A stretch of 40,436 bases of DNA from a virus (lineage: Duplodnaviria; Heunggongvirae; Uroviricota; Caudoviricetes), in the IMG/VR virus record IMGVR_UViG_2737471852_000004. The stretch is one strand, 5' to 3'. The first letter of the stretch is position 1, and each line of letters starts with the position of its first letter. This document shows positions 27,398 to 37,206 of the stretch, piece by piece. The position numbers and the translations under genes were made by a program. The notes under the pieces are model-generated. The model was not told the DNA's origin, did not search any database, and saw only the letters and a program-made list of their open reading frames with translations.

Positions 27398-27770
27398 TTT
27401 TCGCCGCGACTTCCCGCAGTTTGCTGACCCTGCCAAATATCCCGAAGCGCAAATCCAGTTTCGTCTGAATCTGGCCGATGAACTGCTGAGCGAAAACGTC
27501 ACCGGAAAAAAGTTGTTTCCGTACTTTGCCGAGTTGTTCGTGGCTCACTACATGACGCTATGGGCGGCAGATAGTCGGGCAATGCTGGTTGGTGGCCCGG
27601 GCGGTTCAACCAATGGTGTTCAATCCTCCAAGTCCGTTGACAAGGTAAGCGTCAGCTATGACACCAGCGCGACGCTAAACCCTGATGCAGGTTTCTGGAA
27701 TAACACCCGATATGGCGCTGAATTTTATCAGTTGATCACGATGTTTGGTGCAGGCGGTCGCCAGCTATGA
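27363..27770 (+). CDS. Putative head-tail connector / head completion protein
   Basis: 135 aa; GAGGT RBS; between capsid and sheath genes. Confidence 0.45.
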   Translation: MPKNQSLPAVSDFRRDFPQFADPAKYPEAQIQFRLNLADELLSENVTGKKLFPYFAELFVAHYMTLWAADSRAMLVGGPGGSTNGVQSSKSVDKVSVSYDTSATLNPDAGFWNNTRYGAEFYQLITMFGAGGRQL

Positions 27771-28321
27771 GCTTCAAAAGCGGTGTAACAACGAGGGTGG
27801 ATAACGCTCAGGCCATTCTGGATGCGCTCAGGTCGCTAACCAAAAAGGATGTGCTGGTCGGCATCCCTTCGGAAGACAGCGAGCGTGAAGATGTTCCGTT
27901 TGGTAATGCCGGGATCGGCTATGTCAACGAATACGGCTCACCAGCGCAAAACATCCCCCCACGCCCGCACCTGACCCCCGGCGTTAAATCGGTAGAGGGA
28001 CAGACAGTGCCGCAGCTCAAAACAGCGGCGCAGGCTGCGCTTGATGGTAATGCGTCGGGTGCGGAAAGAGCGCTCAACCGTGCCGGAACGCTGGCCGCTA
28101 ATGGCGTCAGGCGTTACATGACTATTACCGGCTTTACGCCGCTTGCTGACAGCACTGTTGAAGCCCGCGCACGTCGAGGGCGCAAAGGGGCGAAAGCTGA
28201 GCTTGCCCGACGCGCTGCTGGCGAGTCACCCGGAACCGATCTGGTGAAACCGCTAATTGACACCGGACAGTACCGCAGAGCTATTACCCATGTAGTGAGG
28301 GATAAAGATGCCGACTCTTGA
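27767..28321 (+). CDS. Putative head-tail joining protein
   Basis: 184 aa; translationally coupled; assignment by position. Confidence 0.4.
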   Translation: MSFKSGVTTRVDNAQAILDALRSLTKKDVLVGIPSEDSEREDVPFGNAGIGYVNEYGSPAQNIPPRPHLTPGVKSVEGQTVPQLKTAAQAALDGNASGAERALNRAGTLAANGVRRYMTITGFTPLADSTVEARARRGRKGAKAELARRAAGESPGTDLVKPLIDTGQYRRAITHVVRDKDADS

Positions 28322-28697
28322 TGTAACAGACGTGCTTTTTGACCCCGATTTTTGCGACTTCAACCTGTGGGTAACGCGTCGCGTGCAAACGGTGGACGAT
28401 GACGGGATCGGCAGTGACAGCGAAGTTAAAACGCAGTTTGCCGGAGTTGTTACCGTTGACCGCTCCCTGGAGAACCGCCGTATACAGTCCGGGCAAGTTA
28501 TCAGTGGCGCGATTCTTATCGTGACAACTGAGCGACTGACGCAGGGACAGACTGGCCGTGATGCAGATATCGTGACGTATCAGGGCCGTGATTATCGTGT
28601 GACTTTCGTCGACCCGTATACAGCTTATGGGTCCGGATTCGTTCAGGCGCATTGTGAGTTGCTGCCGTTTGATGGGGGAATTCCGGTTGAGCAATAA
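28308..28697 (+). CDS. Putative head-tail joining / tail completion protein
   Basis: 129 aa; GAGGG RBS; assignment by position. Confidence 0.4.
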   Translation: MPTLDVTDVLFDPDFCDFNLWVTRRVQTVDDDGIGSDSEVKTQFAGVVTVDRSLENRRIQSGQVISGAILIVTTERLTQGQTGRDADIVTYQGRDYRVTFVDPYTAYGSGFVQAHCELLPFDGGIPVEQ

Positions 28698-29235
28698 CAC
28701 CAGCACAGAGCGCGGATGGTTAATACCAACCAGTGGCGATCCGGATTATGACGAAGCGCTCGACAGGCTGTTAAGCCAGTGGATGCGTAACGTTTCCGGT
28801 CTGTCTGCCGGGATGGTTCGTCCGCGCTGGCAGAAAGAGCAGCCGCCACTGCTACCGGCTGAAACGAACTGGTGTGCGTTTGGGGTTATCGGATGGTCAG
28901 GTGATGACAGTCCGGCATTCACCAGACAGACCGATGATGGCTCTCAGCTCTGGCGGCATGAAACGATTGAGTGTATGGCTTCGTTTTATGGTCCGGCTGG
29001 GATGGTGTATGCGTCCCGGTTTCGTGACGGTATATCTGTACCGCAGAACAACGCAGCACTGAATGCGCTGGGGCTGTCTCTTGGCGATTACACAGGTCTG
29101 ACTCCCTTCCCTGAACTTATTAATCAGCAATGGGTCCGCCGCTACGATATGACGGTGCGTCTGCGCCGGAAGGTTGTGCGCGAGTACGGTATTAAATCGC
29201 TGGTGGAAGCACCAGCCATCTTTTTCGGAGATTAA
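28672..29235 (+). CDS. Putative tail completion protein
   Basis: About 187 aa; start uncertain; immediately upstream of the sheath gene. Confidence 0.4.
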   Translation: MGEFRLSNNTSTERGWLIPTSGDPDYDEALDRLLSQWMRNVSGLSAGMVRPRWQKEQPPLLPAETNWCAFGVIGWSGDDSPAFTRQTDDGSQLWRHETIECMASFYGPAGMVYASRFRDGISVPQNNAALNALGLSLGDYTGLTPFPELINQQWVRRYDMTVRLRRKVVREYGIKSLVEAPAIFFGD

Positions 29236-29238
29236 GCT

Positions 29239-30384
29239 ATGGCACAGGGCTTGCCTGTATCAAACGTTGTTAATGTTGATGTGATCATGTCGCCGCGTGC
29301 AGCATCAGGGCGAAATTTTGGTGCATTACTCATTCTCGGCCCGTCCACAATCATTCCGGTAAGTGAGCGCATTCGCCGTTATTCTGCCGCGGAAGATATT
29401 GGAAAAGATTTTGGCGTGGAATCACCAGAATATAAAGCTGCGCAGGTGTTTTTCTCACAATCACCGAAACCTCAGGAGGTTTTTGTTGGTCGTTGGGTGA
29501 AAACGAAGGGAGACAGCGAACAGGCCACGCCTGAGACGCTGGAGCAGGCTGTGAATGCCATGCTTGATTATACTTCATGGTATGGGCTGGGGATTGCAGA
29601 CGATGCAGATATTCCGGATGCAGACTGGCTGAAAGTGGCTGCGGAGATCGAATCCTCTTCTGTAAGCCGTATTCTGGCGATTACGACAAGCGATGAGAAA
29701 TGCCTGCAGACTGCATCCAGCGATGATTTGGCATCAAAACTGAAAACCGCCGGATATTCACGCAGTTTTATTCAATATTCATCGGGTAATAAATACGCTG
29801 CGTTATCTGCATTTGGCCGGGCATTCACGGTTAATTTCAATGGCAGTAATACCGCGATTACGCTCAAGTTTAAGCAGGAGCCGGGTGTCGGGTATGAAAC
29901 ACTGACAGTCAGCCAGGCATCGGCACTTGATGCAAAAAACTGCAATGTGTTCGTGTACTACCAGAATGATACAGCTATCCTCCAGCAGGGAGTGATGGCT
30001 AACGGCGATTTCTTTGATGAACGCCACGGCCTGGACTGGTTACAGAATTATGTGCAGACCAACCTCTATAACCTGCTTTATACCAGCACCACGAAAGTAC
30101 CCCAGACTGAAGCCGGTATTACCCGACTGTTATCAAGTGTTGAAAAATCACTGGATCAGGCCGTTCAGAATGGACTGATTGCTCCGGGCGTATGGAACGG
30201 GGGCGACCTTGGTCAGTTGTCATCAGGTGACACACTGCCCAAAGGTTATTACGTATACGCTCAGCCGCTGGATGAACAGGCTCAATCAGAACGTGAAGCC
30301 CGTAAGGCTCCGGTGATTCAGGCTGCAATAAAACTTGCAGGCGCGGTTCATTACGCTGACGTACAGATTAACGTTGTTCGCTAA
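29239..30384 (+). CDS. Putative contractile tail sheath protein
   Basis: 381 aa followed by a 146-aa tube-sized gene, chaperone and tape measure (canonical myovirus order). Confidence 0.6.
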   Translation: MAQGLPVSNVVNVDVIMSPRAASGRNFGALLILGPSTIIPVSERIRRYSAAEDIGKDFGVESPEYKAAQVFFSQSPKPQEVFVGRWVKTKGDSEQATPETLEQAVNAMLDYTSWYGLGIADDADIPDADWLKVAAEIESSSVSRILAITTSDEKCLQTASSDDLASKLKTAGYSRSFIQYSSGNKYAALSAFGRAFTVNFNGSNTAITLKFKQEPGVGYETLTVSQASALDAKNCNVFVYYQNDTAILQQGVMANGDFFDERHGLDWLQNYVQTNLYNLLYTSTTKVPQTEAGITRLLSSVEKSLDQAVQNGLIAPGVWNGGDLGQLSSGDTLPKGYYVYAQPLDEQAQSEREARKAPVIQAAIKLAGAVHYADVQINVVR

Positions 30385-30394
30385 GGGGAAGTGA

Positions 30395-30835
30395 ATGTCT
30401 ACCTATTCTTTTATGGATGTCACTGCGACGCTGACCGGGCCGACCGGTTCGATTGACCTCGGGTACGGTTCTGCAAGTTCTGAAGAGGGGATTGTGGTTG
30501 CGATGGGCGGTCCTAAAAACACCATGACCATCGGTGCTGATGGTGAAGTGATGCACAGCCTCCATGCAGATAAAAGCGGGACGATTACCGTTAACCTTCT
30601 GAAGACATCACAGACAAATAAAAAATTGTCGCTGGCGTATAACGCACAGAGCCAGTCTTCTGCCACATGGGGGAATAACGTTATTGTGATCCGAAACAAG
30701 GTCAGCGGCGACATCATCACGGCACGTAGTGTTGCGTTCCAGAAACAACCGGATAATGCCAACGCTAAAACCGGTAATACGATGCCGTGGGTGTTTGACT
30801 GCGGCAAGATTGACCAGGTTCTCGGGGAGTTTTAA
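30395..30835 (+). CDS. Putative tail tube protein
   Basis: 146 aa, between sheath and chaperone genes. Confidence 0.55.
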   Translation: MSTYSFMDVTATLTGPTGSIDLGYGSASSEEGIVVAMGGPKNTMTIGADGEVMHSLHADKSGTITVNLLKTSQTNKKLSLAYNAQSQSSATWGNNVIVIRNKVSGDIITARSVAFQKQPDNANAKTGNTMPWVFDCGKIDQVLGEF

Positions 30836-30838
30836 TAC

Positions 30839-31291
30839 ATGGAATTCGAAATCAAAGGCATGAAATATCGCGTGGCAAAACTCAGCGTTTTTGACCAGCT
30901 GAAAGTGACCCGCAAACTTCTGCCGGTACTGGCGGGAATGATGTCAGATTTCGGGAGCATTCGCTCATGTTTGCCTGCTGACGGCAAAATCGACACCGTG
31001 AAATTCGAGCAGTTAAAACCGGTGTTTGAAACCATGCTCCCGCGTATCGCTGAGGAACTGTCTTCCCTGACTGAAGAAGATACCAACGCGATTATTCATC
31101 CTTGCCTGGCCGTAGTGTCACGTAAGCACATGGACGGATGGACGCCGGTATTCAACAGCGGTCAGCTGATGTTCGATGATATCGACCTGCTAACCATGCT
31201 GCAGTTGGTGGCGCGGGTGGTCGCCGATTCACTGGGAAATTTTTTGCCTACACCCCTTACCAGCACGACACAGAGCCTGCAACAGGGCTGA
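30839..31291 (+). CDS. Tail assembly chaperone (short form)
   Basis: 150 aa directly upstream of the tape measure gene; contains a slippery heptamer near its 3' end. Confidence 0.6.
   Translation: MEFEIKGMKYRVAKLSVFDQLKVTRKLLPVLAGMMSDFGSIRSCLPADGKIDTVKFEQLKPVFETMLPRIAEELSSLTEEDTNAIIHPCLAVVSRKHMDGWTPVFNSGQLMFDDIDLLTMLQLVARVVADSLGNFLPTPLTSTTQSLQQG
31240..31246 (+). other. Candidate -1 programmed frameshift site T_TTT_TTG; the -1 frame stays open to 31479, giving an extended chaperone of about 213 aa
   Basis: Zero-frame codons AAT TTT TTG; the -1 frame from 31240 has no stop until TGA at 31477-31479, overlapping the tape measure start. Confidence 0.5.
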
Positions 31292-31468
31292 CGTTTAACA
31301 GCCTGCCGGACGGGCTGTCCTACCTTCTCAATCCGGTTGACGCCGGGTTAATTCCCTATACAGCACTTAAAGATGGCTCTGTCGATTTGTATGACATTGC
31401 TCTCTTGAATGACCATCTGGCGGTAAAAGCGGATAACCAGCGGCGCATTGAGAAATGGAGAGAGGATA

Positions 31469-33457
31469 ATGAACGCTGAAACTATTAAAGATTTCCTCGT
31501 CTCGCTTGGCTTCAGTGTGGATGAGGCAGGCGCGAAAAAGTTCGGTTCTGTCCTCGCCGGTACAACTGCAAATGTCATCAAAATGGGGGTGGCCGTTGAA
31601 GGAGCTGCACTGTCTGTGGTGGCCTTTACGGCTAAGATTGCCTCCGGCCTGGATAATCTTTACTGGGCGTCACAGCGCACCGGCGCGACAGTCCAGGGAA
31701 TTCAGTCTATTGGCTATGCGGTTTCGCAGGTTGGCGGCAGCGTGGACGCTGCGCGATCTTCTCTGGAAAGCCTCTCCCGGTTTATTCGTAACAATCCCGG
31801 TGCAGAAGGTTTTCTGAATCGCCTGGGCGTACAGACCCGTGATGCCAGCGGTAACATGCGTGACATGGCCGCTATTTTTACAGGTGTAGGCCAGAAGCTC
31901 AGCGGCATGCCGTATTACCGGGCTAACCAGTATGCGCAGATGCTGGGCATTGACGAAAATACCCTTATGGCGATGCGCCGGGGTGTGGGTGGCTTCTCCG
32001 GGCAGTACAGCGCAATGGCGAAAGCTATCGGCTTCAATGCTGACGAGGCGGCCAGAAGCTCCAACAAATTTATGACCTCCCTGCGTGAGTTTGGCGCGAT
32101 GGCAGGCATGGCCCGTGACAAAATCGGCTCTAATCTTGCGGGTGGGCTTGCGGGTTCGCTGGACACTCTGCGCCGCCATATCCTGGACAACTTCCCGCGT
32201 ATCGAGCAGACCCTGACGAAAGCCATAAAAGGCATTCTGGCGCTCGGGGATATTATCGGGCGGTTGTTCTTCAGACTGATTGAGGGGACATCAGGCCTTA
32301 TCACCTGGTGGCAATCGCTGGATAAGCAAACGCGGGAGCTCATCTCGCTGTTTGGCGCGCTGACGATTGCGCTGCGCATTCTGAACAGTACGTTCTGGAT
32401 GTCGCCGATTGGCCTCATTACCGCGTTGGCGGCGGGGATTGCCCTTCTGTGGGAGGACTATCAGACCTGGAAGGAAGGCGGCGACAGCCTGATTGACTGG
32501 GGTAAGTGGAAGCCGGAGGTCGATGCCGCGCTGAAGATGGTTCGTGACCTGAAAGGGTCTGTTAATGAACTGGCGAAAGCGCTGGCGAAACTGCTCAATA
32601 TTGACCCCAAATCATGGTCCCTGAAGTGGGATTTCAGCAACTTCATCGACCAGATGGGCGAATTCAGCAAAATGCTGAACATGATCGCCGACCTGCTCAA
32701 CGCTATCAAAGATGGCCGCTGGGCTGATGCCGTCAGCATCAGCAAACAGATACTTAATCAGGGCAGCGAAAATCCGTCAGCGATGCCGATGGTTACAGAC
32801 AGCGCTAACAGTACTGCCGACTGGATTAAAGAGCACTGGGGATTCGATCCTCGCAGCGTGGGCCGGACGGTACGCGGCTGGTTTGGTGATGATGAGCCGG
32901 AACAATATGCACAGGCTACGAAACGAGGAGAACGGAATAACAATCCGGGAAACCTTAATTTTGCTGGTCAGGCAGGGGCTTCTCTTGAACGCCCGGGCGG
33001 GCGATTTGCCAGATTTGAAACTGCTTTTGATGGATTACGGGCTCTTGCTCGTCAGTTAATGTTGTACGCCGGACGTGGAATAAACAGCGTGGAGAAAATT
33101 ATCTCTACCTGGGCACCTGCGTCTGATAATAACAACACAACTGCGTATATCAGGGCTGTATCGCAACGACTGGGAGTGGATCCCCGGGCTACCCTGAATA
33201 TGAGCGATCCGCAAACCATGTCAGCATTGATGAGCAGTATTATCCAGCATGAAAATGGAAGAAATATCTATTCTCGAGAGCTGATTAATAAGGCTGCCGT
33301 GGCAGGAATTAGTGGCAAAGTGACAGAGGTTAACCAGCAAAATACTTACCACATTTACGGTGGCGGAGATCCGCACGCTGTCGGTAATGAGGTTGCACGT
33401 CGGCAACAGTCTGCAAATGCTCAGGTCATGCGAAGTAATCAGGTGAGGGTGGGTTAG
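31469..33457 (+). CDS. Tail tape measure protein
   Basis: 662 aa, largely helical/low complexity, directly after the chaperone; ATG 31469 with GAGAGAGGA RBS. Confidence 0.75.
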   Translation: MNAETIKDFLVSLGFSVDEAGAKKFGSVLAGTTANVIKMGVAVEGAALSVVAFTAKIASGLDNLYWASQRTGATVQGIQSIGYAVSQVGGSVDAARSSLESLSRFIRNNPGAEGFLNRLGVQTRDASGNMRDMAAIFTGVGQKLSGMPYYRANQYAQMLGIDENTLMAMRRGVGGFSGQYSAMAKAIGFNADEAARSSNKFMTSLREFGAMAGMARDKIGSNLAGGLAGSLDTLRRHILDNFPRIEQTLTKAIKGILALGDIIGRLFFRLIEGTSGLITWWQSLDKQTRELISLFGALTIALRILNSTFWMSPIGLITALAAGIALLWEDYQTWKEGGDSLIDWGKWKPEVDAALKMVRDLKGSVNELAKALAKLLNIDPKSWSLKWDFSNFIDQMGEFSKMLNMIADLLNAIKDGRWADAVSISKQILNQGSENPSAMPMVTDSANSTADWIKEHWGFDPRSVGRTVRGWFGDDEPEQYAQATKRGERNNNPGNLNFAGQAGASLERPGGRFARFETAFDGLRALARQLMLYAGRGINSVEKIISTWAPASDNNNTTAYIRAVSQRLGVDPRATLNMSDPQTMSALMSSIIQHENGRNIYSRELINKAAVAGISGKVTEVNQQNTYHIYGGGDPHAVGNEVARRQQSANAQVMRSNQVRVG

Positions 33458-34044
33458 TGGATATTCTCTCTACACTTTTTCATCAGCAGAGCAGAAAAAT
33501 AGGAATGATTGTTCCCAGTGTTGTTATTTCAGAGAAGCATACAGATATGCTTGAAATAACAGAGCATCCGGTAGAGGTCGGGGCCGCTGTCGCTGATCAT
33601 GCCTATAAAAAACCGTCAGAAGTGGTGATGGAGGTTGGTTTCGCCGGTGGCGGCGCATTGCTGGATTTTGCCAGTAATCTGACGGCTACCAGCCTGCTCG
33701 GCCTGAGTCCTCAGCAGACGTATCAGGAGCTACTGGATCTGCAGGAAAGCCGTATCCCCTTCGATGTGGTAACCGGTAAACGACTGTACAGCAACATGTT
33801 GATCCGGGCGCTGGAAGTGACGACGGACAAGACAACCGAAAACGTCCTGTCCGCCGTCCTCACCCTGAGGGAGGTCCTTATCTCCCGGACGCAGCAGATT
33901 ACCGTCGCGGATAAAACCAACATGAAGGAAGGGGCCAGCACGTCGGCGGTACAGAATAGCGGCAACAAAACCACAAAGCCTCCAGATACTTCACTGCTGA
34001 AAAGCATCACGGGTAACGTGGCGTCATTACTGGGAGGCGGCTAA
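33457..34044 (+). CDS. Putative tail/baseplate protein
   Basis: 195 aa after tape measure; GTG start overlapping the TMP stop. Confidence 0.4.
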   Translation: MDILSTLFHQQSRKIGMIVPSVVISEKHTDMLEITEHPVEVGAAVADHAYKKPSEVVMEVGFAGGGALLDFASNLTATSLLGLSPQQTYQELLDLQESRIPFDVVTGKRLYSNMLIRALEVTTDKTTENVLSAVLTLREVLISRTQQITVADKTNMKEGASTSAVQNSGNKTTKPPDTSLLKSITGNVASLLGGG

Positions 34045-34346
34045 TGACAATTCAGGAAATTCCGCTGACAGCGGACAACCAGCAGTTCAGCATCGTCCTG
34101 GGTGGTGTCACTTGGCAGATTAGCATCATATGGCGCGATCCTTACTGGATTATGGACCTGCAGAACGACAGAGGAGAGCCGGTAATCTCCGGTATTCCTC
34201 TCGTCACTGGCGCTGATCTGCTGGCGCAGTACGCCTGTATGGGACTTGGTTTTAAGCTGTTGGTAGTCTGCGATGACAACACACAGGATTATCCCACGAA
34301 AACTGACCTGGGCGGGCGCAGTCATTTACTGGTATCAACGGAGTAA
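34044..34346 (+). CDS. Putative tail/baseplate protein (100 aa)
   Basis: TAATG-coupled ORF. Confidence 0.4.
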   Translation: MTIQEIPLTADNQQFSIVLGGVTWQISIIWRDPYWIMDLQNDRGEPVISGIPLVTGADLLAQYACMGLGFKLLVVCDDNTQDYPTKTDLGGRSHLLVSTE

Positions 34347-34348
34347 GC

Positions 34349-35413
34349 ATGTCACAGAACTGGATGAGACATTTCGAGCTGCAGCTTGTGGACGGGAACG
34401 GTAAGGGAATTGAGCTAAGTGATTTCAAAGTCACCTTTACGATTGACTGGTTCAACATCAGCAGCGCGTCCCGGGTAGGGACTATCAAAATTTATAACCT
34501 CTCGGCAGATACTGTGAACCGAATCACCGGGAAGGAATTTTCAAAAGTGCGGCTGATTGCCGGTTACGACAGTATCGCGCCGGAGGTGGCGGCAAGCGAC
34601 GTCGGGACCGTGCGCGAAGTCGACGCGGCAGATGTGGGCCAGAGTGATGGCCGCAACTACGGGCTGATTTTCAGCGGAGAAATTCGCTACTCGGTCACAG
34701 GAAAAGACAGCCCTATTGATTCCTATGTCCTGATTCAGGCAGCAGATACGGATCTGGCATTTGTCACCAGTATAACCTCACAGACGCTGGCTGCCGGTTA
34801 CACGGTCGCTGATGTAAACCGTGCGCTGATGAAAGACTTCGAAGCCAAAGGCGCGACCGAAGGCCTGACGCCTGAAATGCCTGCTACTGTATTCCCCCGG
34901 GGGCGGGTGCTCTTTGGCATGACGCGGCATCTTATGGATAACGTAGCCGGGCAATGTGGCGCAACATGGCAATTCGTGGACGGTCAACGCCAGATGGTGG
35001 CGAATAACGAATATGTTCATGAAGCGATTGTGCTCAACAGCGCCACCGGGCTTATCGGCATGCCGCAGCAGACTATCGGCAACGGCGTAAACGTCCGCGC
35101 GCTTATTAATCCGAACATCCGGGTTAATGGGCTCATTCAACTGGATCAGGCTTCCGTATATCGCACCGCGTTGTCGAACAACGATATTGCGATGGCTGGT
35201 GGGCAGATCACCGACCAGAACACGGACGGAAATATCACGCTAAGCGGCACCACAGCACAACCTGCCAGCATCGCAACGGATGGCGTTTATATTGTGCGCG
35301 GGATTATGTACACTGGCGATACAAGGGGCCAGGCGTGGTACATGGATATGATGTGCGAAGCGCGTGGCGCGGCGGATCTTGTTTCCTCATCAGCGAGGGA
35401 AAGAGGGCTTTAA
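34349..35413 (+). CDS. Putative baseplate hub protein
   Basis: 354 aa in the baseplate cluster upstream of the spike gene. Confidence 0.45.
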   Translation: MSQNWMRHFELQLVDGNGKGIELSDFKVTFTIDWFNISSASRVGTIKIYNLSADTVNRITGKEFSKVRLIAGYDSIAPEVAASDVGTVREVDAADVGQSDGRNYGLIFSGEIRYSVTGKDSPIDSYVLIQAADTDLAFVTSITSQTLAAGYTVADVNRALMKDFEAKGATEGLTPEMPATVFPRGRVLFGMTRHLMDNVAGQCGATWQFVDGQRQMVANNEYVHEAIVLNSATGLIGMPQQTIGNGVNVRALINPNIRVNGLIQLDQASVYRTALSNNDIAMAGGQITDQNTDGNITLSGTTAQPASIATDGVYIVRGIMYTGDTRGQAWYMDMMCEARGAADLVSSSARERGL

Positions 35414-35745
35414 TGAAACGGTTATGTTTGGCGTTAGTTATGATGGTTACTGCTCCGGCGATGGCTGCAATTCAGTGCGGCAACTACACGATGACCGGTG
35501 ACGGAATGACTGTTATTAACGGTGAAACTGTCACATCACAGAAGATAAAATTTCTGGGAAAAGATGGTGACTATTCAAACATAAAAATGGACATGGGCCT
35601 GATGCCTTCCCGTGATGGTAACAATTACGGCTTTGAGTTTGTGAAACGTAACGGAAAAGCTTTCCTGAATGTCCAACTGCTGCAGAACAGCATGGATGCG
35701 CCGAAAATCATCGGTTCCTTTCCATGCAAAAAGATTGTTGATTAA
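35413..35745 (+). CDS. Small secreted protein with cleavable signal peptide (moron candidate)
   Basis: MKRLCLALVMMVTAPAMA-AIQC...: positive n-region, hydrophobic core, AXA cleavage site; ATG overlaps upstream stop; unexpected inside a baseplate cluster. Confidence 0.55.
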   Translation: MKRLCLALVMMVTAPAMAAIQCGNYTMTGDGMTVINGETVTSQKIKFLGKDGDYSNIKMDMGLMPSRDGNNYGFEFVKRNGKAFLNVQLLQNSMDAPKIIGSFPCKKIVD

Positions 35746-35762
35746 TCACTCGTAATTATAAT
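35735..35762 (+). promoter_or_regulatory. Candidate sigma70 promoter for the small membrane protein gene (-35 TTGTTG, 16-bp spacer, -10 TATAAT)
   Basis: Perfect TATAAT at 35757-35762 in an AT-rich intergenic stretch. Confidence 0.4.
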
Positions 35763-35798
35763 GTGATACTTCTACTTTCACGATAAGGAATTTGTCGC

Positions 35799-36038
35799 AT
35801 GTTCGGATTTGATAAATTAATAACTCCAAAAATCATCAACGTTCTGTATGGCATCACAATGTTACTTCTGGTTGTTGCCGCCATTATAACGTTTGTTAAT
35901 GGGAAGGCTGCTGGCGCTTTAGTGCTTTTGTTATGTGCTGTATTTTGCCGAATATTCTTTGAGTGCATCATGGTTTCATTTAAAAACAATGAGTATCTTC
36001 GCCGAATAGCTGAAGCGTTAGAAGCAAACAAGCAGTAA
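35799..36038 (+). CDS. Small two-TM membrane protein (79 aa; moron candidate)
   Basis: Two hydrophobic helices (ILYGITMLLLVVAAIITFV and ALVLLLCAVFCRIFFECIMV); own promoter and terminator; AT-rich relative to neighbours. Confidence 0.5.
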   Translation: MFGFDKLITPKIINVLYGITMLLLVVAAIITFVNGKAAGALVLLLCAVFCRIFFECIMVSFKNNEYLRRIAEALEANKQ

Positions 36039-36054
36039 TGAAACTTCAATAATG

Positions 36055-36080
36055 AACCCGCCACCCGGCGGGTTTTTTGC
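36055..36080 (+). terminator. Intrinsic terminator after the membrane-protein gene (stem ACCCGCC/GGCGGGT, loop ACCC, U6)
   Basis: Perfect 7-bp GC stem then TTTTTT. Confidence 0.65.
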
Positions 36081-36097
36081 TTTCTGGAGCCTACTAA

Positions 36098-36853
36098 ATG
36101 GCAGTATCTGACCAGACCCGCAGCGGCGACCTTGCTGAAACATTCAAATCTGAACGGGAAACAACAAAGAACCAGATCCGTGTCGCCTTGCCTGGCATTG
36201 TTCAGTCATTCGATCCCGACGCGGTGACGGCGGTTGTGCAGCCAGCTATCCGTTCGGTTGAAAAGGATAACGACGGCAAGCGCATTACCAAAAATTACCC
36301 ATTGCTGGTGGATGTGCCAGTGGTATTCCCGAGCGGCGGAGGATGCACGCTAACGTTCCCAGTTAAAGCCGGTGATGAATGTTTGGTGATTTTTGCCGAT
36401 CGTTGTATTGATTTCTGGTGGCAGAGCGGCGGAATACAGGAACCGGTCGATGACAGAATGCATGATTTATCGGATGCGTTTTGTATCGTCGGTCCGCAGT
36501 CTCAGGCGCAGAAAATCAGCGGAATCAGCACCAGCGCCGCGCAACTGCGTACTGATGATGGCGCTGCGTTTGTGGAAGTGGCCGCAGGCCATAACATCAC
36601 GGTTAAAACCCCCGGCGCGCTGACGGCGACAGCAGAAGGAGGAACCACGATCACATCACCCACCATCACGCTAAACGGCAACGTGACAATAAACGGGAAT
36701 CTCTCTCAGGGGATGGGCGAAAGCGGCGGCACCGCGACGATGCTTGGCCCTGTCACGGTGACTAACGATGTAAAAGCTGGTGGTAAGAGCCTGATAACGC
36801 ACACGCACGGCGGAGTACAGACCGGCGGCGGTAACACAGGAGCGCCTAACTGA
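36098..36853 (+). CDS. Baseplate central spike protein (gp138 / gpV-like)
   Basis: N-terminal gp138-like domain (IRVALPGIVQSF..., ECLVIFADRCIDFWW) and C-terminal beta-helix with THTHGG. Confidence 0.7.
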   Translation: MAVSDQTRSGDLAETFKSERETTKNQIRVALPGIVQSFDPDAVTAVVQPAIRSVEKDNDGKRITKNYPLLVDVPVVFPSGGGCTLTFPVKAGDECLVIFADRCIDFWWQSGGIQEPVDDRMHDLSDAFCIVGPQSQAQKISGISTSAAQLRTDDGAAFVEVAAGHNITVKTPGALTATAEGGTTITSPTITLNGNVTINGNLSQGMGESGGTATMLGPVTVTNDVKAGGKSLITHTHGGVQTGGGNTGAPN

Positions 36854-37206
36854 TGCGATACAGACGTGAAGACGCCGATGGCGATTACACCTTTGGCAGC
36901 GGTGATGACACCTGGCTGATTAACTCACCGGAGGCCGTGGCGCAGGCGGTAAAAACGCGATTCGAATTGTGGTATGGGCAATGGTTTCTCGACACCACCG
37001 AGGGGACTCCGTGGATCCAGTCCGTACTCGGTAAGCAGAAGCCGGAAACCTACAACCTGGCGATCCGTAAGCGCATCCTCGAAACGCGGGGCGTTAAATC
37101 AATCCTCTCTTTCAATACGACGGTGGATACCACGACCCGACGTGTCATGTTTTCCGCTGAAATCGACACTCTTTATGGAATAACGACTGTTACATCGGAG
37201 GCGTAA
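36853..37206 (+). CDS. Baseplate wedge protein (gpW/gp25-like)
   Basis: 117 aa between spike and J-like genes; assignment mainly by position. Confidence 0.5.
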   Translation: MRYRREDADGDYTFGSGDDTWLINSPEAVAQAVKTRFELWYGQWFLDTTEGTPWIQSVLGKQKPETYNLAIRKRILETRGVKSILSFNTTVDTTTRRVMFSAEIDTLYGITTVTSEA

